From Mobula birostris (lineage: Eukaryota): DNA of 64,000 bases. Below, in pieces: positions 59,417 through 64,000 of this stretch. Position numbers and translations under genes: made by a program. How positions within the stretch are numbered: position 1 is the first letter of the stretch; the number at the start of each line of letters is the position of its first letter. The notes under the pieces are model-generated. The model was not told where the DNA came from and made no database searches. It saw only the letters and a list, made by a program, of their open reading frames with translations. Location: NCBI RefSeq assembly GCF_030028105.1, contig NC_092370.1:114354443-114418442 (forward strand), written 5' to 3'.

Positions 59417-60260
59417 TGTCATAGTGGGGGGCGTTGGTAGCGGACCCAAAGGCAAGACACAAACACAACTTGTGAGGTTAACTTAAATTAAGTTTATTGC
59501 TCGTTATAAGGAGAGCAAAGCAGAAGCAGGAATAGCGTACTGGTCAAGGACTCAGGCCTTGGACTAGACTGGGACTAAGGGTCTGGGCTATGACTCGGAA
59601 TCATGGACCTCCAGTGCCAGGACTTGAGACTTGGAGCCGCCAGGGCCAGGACTTGAGACTTGGAGCCGCCAGGGCCAGCCAGGGACTCCTCTTATTCACG
59701 GGACAGTCTCAGACACAGGACATAAAACATTGAGCCGGGAATCCTCCTTAGACACAGGACGGAGTCAGGACTCTACTTGACACAGGGTCAGGACCCTTCC
59801 AGGGTACAGGGCCCGGACCCCTTTTAGACGCAGGACATGGATATGGAGACCACATAATGATGGACAGTACTATAACTGGGCCCCAAGTACGCTCCAAGCA
59901 GCGGCGAGCTCTTGACTAACCCAGGCGGGTTAACTTTGACTGACCTGCTCTGGCAAGGGAAGGCTGCCTGCTGGCACTTGCTTCTGGAGGAGGCTAGACT
60001 TGCTCCGGCAAGAACTTAGTTGGCTCCGGCCAGGTGACATTGGCTTGCAACTACCGTCGGTGACTTCGTTAACGCTCTTGCGCCGGACGGCTGAAAGCCG
60101 GAGACTATAAACTGCCGGTTCAGCCGCGAGTAAATTGCCTCCAATCACCAAGCCCGAGGTACACGGGAAAACAAGGGACCAAAGGGAAACAGTGAGTCAA
60201 CGGTCCGGATCGTAACATAAGCAAAGTAAATTTAAAGGGACCCGGATCCGGACCATGACT
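59417..60260 (-). mobile_element. Family B LTR-like insertion
   Basis: TGTCATAGTGG...GGACCATGAC ends; TSD CCAAG/TCAAG; homologous to 32877-34577. Confidence 0.75.
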
Positions 60261-60608
60261 CAAGTAGGTGTACCCAGCTAAGTACATCTCAGTGTTTCTC
60301 CCAGGACCAAACAATCTGCTGGACGAACTGAGCGGGTTGAGCAGAGGGAGGGGGAATGAGTCTTGATGCAGCGTTTCGACTCAAAATGTCGACAGTTCCT
60401 TTCGCTCGCAAACGCTGCTCGACCTGCTGAGTTCCTCTTGCAGGTAGTTCTTTGTTCCAGAAACCAGATTCTGCGTTTTCTGTGTCTCCGGTCTCCCTCA
60501 CTCTGGCGCAAAAGCCAACAGCTGATCATGTGTCCAGGTGTCATTGAGCCTGTGTGGGTCTCCCGCTTCAACCCGCCGCGACCTGGAATCACTCCCGCCT
60601 GGGCGCAG

Positions 60609-60647
60609 GGTATTTGATCTGGGCTCCCGTGGTACCGCTTCGCTGTG
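60609..60647 (-). other. Degenerate 23-RSS of V5
   Basis: CACAGCG, 23 nt, TCAAATACC. Confidence 0.8.
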
Positions 60648-61031
60648 CTGTCCCAGATCGCACAGTAGTAAACGCCGTGTCCATCTTACTGATATCACTT
60701 ATATCCAACAGGCTTGTCTTTTCCAGTTCCAAATCGTCGTCCCAAACTCTCCCTGAGTTTACCTGGTTATAGAGGATGCAGTGTAACTCTGGGCTCCATA
60801 AGTCTCGATACCAATGAACAACAGCGTTGCCAATACCTTCCGTGTTAATGCTGCAGCGAAAACGAGCCATCTTGCCTAACCCTGTGATGATGGATGTCTT
60901 GCACTGGAGCCCAGATTGGGAAAGACAGCCAGCTGTTTAATGAAGAACACTGTTACCTCGGGTTTGGAGACATCACGAACCTCCCTAGATGAGACGGAGA
61001 GTTTGTCATCGGTTATAATGGATAATCGTAC
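60648..61031 (-). pseudogene. TRGV: Degenerate TCR gamma V segment 'V5' (V exon 60648-60932; candidate donor at 61031; leader unclear)
   Basis: AGCLSQSGLQCKTSIITGLGKMARFRCSINTEGIGNAVVHWYR...SKMDTA, then a 1-nt shift to YYCAIWD. The first Cys is codon 27 after the acceptor, as in V4. Confidence 0.8.
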
Positions 61032-62639
61032 CCGGCTGGAAGCCCGGCAAGAATTTATTTCACTAACGTAGTTCCATCAGGGAGACACAGCATGGATTCA
61101 GGAAGGCAGGTCGTGCTGACTTTCTGGAGTACTTTGAGAATATGACGTGCGCAGGAGATAGAGGGGAATAGGCGGATGGTGTATTTTTGGATTTCCAGAA
61201 AGTGTTCGATAAGATGTCTCATAAAAGACGTAATCATAGATAAGACTGCATGGAGTTGGGGGCCATGCATTAGCATGGACAGCAACTATATACGGGTTAC
61301 TGGTGAGGCCACATCTGGAGTACTGCGTACAGTTTGGATCTCGCCACTTAAGAAGAGATATACTGTCTCTGTTGTGTTGACGATACTAAGGCGGGTTACC
61401 AGGTTAATTCCGAATATGAGGGGTTAGCTTATGAGAAGAGGTAGACTCGCATGGGGCTACTGTGGTGAATCTGAGAAATTTTATGTCCAGTGAGTCAGTA
61501 GAGGATACCTCGTTAAATATAGTTAATACAGAAATAGAATTTTGATTTGTAGGGGAATTCATGGTTATGCAGAAAAAAGAAGCTACCTGGAGCTGAGTGC
61601 ACGGCCAGATCAGCCGTGATTTTATCGAATGGTGCAGCAGGGTTCACGGGTCAGATGGCCTACTCCTGCTCCCATTTCTTATGTTCTTACGTTCTTATCT
61701 ACTAGGATGACTGTTCGTGACTCCCCTTATCTATGTTTTACTTTTGTTACTTCTCCTTCAATGAATGTCCAAAAATTACGCAGCTTTAAAATGGTCACTA
61801 TTGGTGGAGAGACGGCAGTGTTGTATTCTGATTTTGTTGTTTCAGAGGTTAAGAACCAGGCATAAAACATGTGGTTCCATGATCATTACATAAAACGAGT
61901 GCCTCCATGATCGTTGCAATAAGCCCCAGGAGAATAAAGGAATTGGAGACGGAGAGTAGCAAAAGTCTAAGTACCAAGAAGAACGAGACGGGAATGAAGG
62001 TGATAAGTCAACATGATTCCAAAATAATACAGATAACTGTAACATCTAGGGTACACACTGCACAATTACACACACATAGGTAATTATGTAAAATACTAGC
62101 AGGCATAACAAAGTTAAACTGCAAAGAAATAAAAATTGCACAGTCTAATCTAACACCAGGAACTGGGAAGCTCTGATTTAAGTCAAGATCAATACGCTGC
62201 TCAGGAAATAAAGAGAAGCACACACAAGAATCTGTAGGAACTCAGCCGGTCAGGCAGCATCTTAGCAAATGAATAACCAGTGGTCGTTTTAGTCTTTGAA
62301 AAGTGGTTTCCCTTCCTCCACCATTGATGCTGGTCTCACGCACATCACCTCCATTTCCCTAACAGCGCCGCTCACCCCGTTTTCCTATCGTCTAAACAGT
62401 GACCGAGTTTCTCTTGTTTTTACCTGCAACCCCACGGGCCTCCACGCTCAACACATTATTCTCCACCACCTCAGCTATCTCCAAAGGGATCCTACCATCA
62501 AACATATCTTTACCTCTCCGCAATCCCCGCCATCTCTCCGCTTTCCGCTGCGATCGCTCCCTCCGTAGTTCCCATTCGCCCCTCCCTACTAATCTCGCTC
62601 CCTGTATTCATCTCTGCAAGCAGTCAAAGTTCTACTCCT

Positions 62640-64000
62640 ACCCATTCACCTTCTCTTCCATAAGAGCAGCAAAATAGGATTATTTGGCCCATCGAGTTTG
62701 TTCCGACATTTCATCATGGCTGATCCATTTCCCTCATTCCCAGTCTCCTACCTTCTCCCCAAAACTCTTCATGCCCTGACTAATCAATAATCTATCAGTC
62801 TCTGCCGTAAATATACCCAATGACTTGGACTCCAAACCCGCCGATGTCAGTAAATTCTACAGATTCACCACTCTTTGGCTAAATAATTTCTTCCTCATCT
62901 CCATTCTAAATGGACTGCCTTCCATTCTGAGGCTCTGGCCTCTGGTCCTAGATTCCTCCACCATTGGAAACAACCTCTCCACATCCACTCTATTGAGGCC
63001 TTTCCATATTTTATTGGTTTCAATGAAATAACCCCTCTTTTTGTCAATTCCAGGGAACATAGGTCCAGATCCATCAATCGGTCCTCGAATGGTAACCCTT
63101 TCATTCCCAGAATCATTCTTGTGAACCTCCTCTGAACCCCCTTCAATGTCGACATATCTTTTCTTTGATAAGGGGCCCAAACTGCTTACAATACTCCAAG
63201 TGATCCTTACTAGTTCCTTTTAAAGCTCAAGATCACGTCCCTGCTTTTGCATTGTAGACCCCTTAAGATGAATGCAAACATTGCATTTGCCTTCCTCGCG
63301 AACGATTCAATTTGCAAATTACCCAGTTTTAAATTTTCTCTCCGTTTCAAAATAGTCCACGCTTTTATATCTTCTATCAAAGTGCATGACTGTACATTTC
63401 CCTGACATTGAATTCCATCTGTCATTTCTTTGGCTGTTCTTCTAATCTGCCTAAGACGTTCTGCTACCTTCCTGTTTCCTCAACCCTACCTGCCATTCCA
63501 TCTATCTTCCCATTGTCCACAAGCTCTCCCACCATGCCATCAATTCCGTCATTCAAATCATTGACATAGAACGTAAACAGAAATGGTTCCAACACAGACC
63601 CTTGTCGAACATTTATCACTGTCAGCCAACCAGGAAAGTCTCCCCTTATTCCCACTCTTTGCCTCCTACCAATCAGCCAATGCTCTATTCGTGCCAGTAT
63701 CTTTCCTATAATATCAGCAGCTTTTAACTTGTTTAGCAGCCTGATGTGCAGCACTTTGTCGAAGACCTTCTGAAAATCCAAGTACACTTCATCCATCGAT
63801 TCCCATTTGTCTATCCTGCTTGTTATTTCTTCCAAGATTTCCAATAGTTTTATCACACAAGGTTTTCTCGTAGGGAACTCACCCTGCCTATTTTAACATG
63901 TGCCTTCAAGTACTTCGAATGCACATCCTTAGCAATCGACTCCAACAACGTCTGTACCACTGAGGCCAGACTAACTGACCTATGATTTTCTTTCTTCTGT
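62640..64000 (-). mobile_element. Degraded CR1 LINE (paralogous to 19290 onward)
   Basis: SRTRGQSLRMEGSPFRMEMRKK and VYLDFQKVFDKV fragments. Confidence 0.85.

Noticed and set aside
1-64000. D, J or C segments, or RSS-flanked non-V DNA (RAG-transposon relics)
   Set aside because: A by-eye scan for heptamer/nonamer pairs found only the five V-associated RSSs; no FGXG J motif with a 12-RSS was seen.

Overview
Vertebrate DNA, by inference from a cartilaginous fish (probably a ray), containing part of a T-cell receptor gamma (TRG) variable-segment array. Five V segments lie on the minus strand, each followed by a recombination signal sequence (RSS). Two are intact paralogues: V1 (931-1356) and V2 (44181-44604). 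Three are pseudogenes: V3 (35721-36164, one stop codon), V4 (37171-37564, frameshifted) and V5 (60648-61031, degenerate). No D, J or C segments were found; from the orientation they should lie to the left of the window. The rest is mostly mobile DNA: CR1 and Rex/Babar LINEs, an RTE-like tail, V-SINE and CORE-type SINEs, Penelope-like inverted repeats, a Gmr1-like gypsy element plus a solo LTR, a Tf1/sushi-type gypsy element interrupted by a hAT transposon, and four LTR-like insertions with 5-bp target-site duplications (TSDs). The window reads as about 1.5 copies of an old ~43-kb duplication unit. The strongest leads are: V1 and V2 diverge on framework strands A/B and D/E while their CDR2 region is identical; the intact V genes have 22-bp RSS spacers while the pseudogenes have 23-bp spacers; promoter motifs differ between V families, including an Ig-type octamer; and the sushi-type LTR has a self-priming structure. 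I found no clearly new multi-gene system. All alignments and counts were done by eye, and repeat boundaries without a TSD are approximate.
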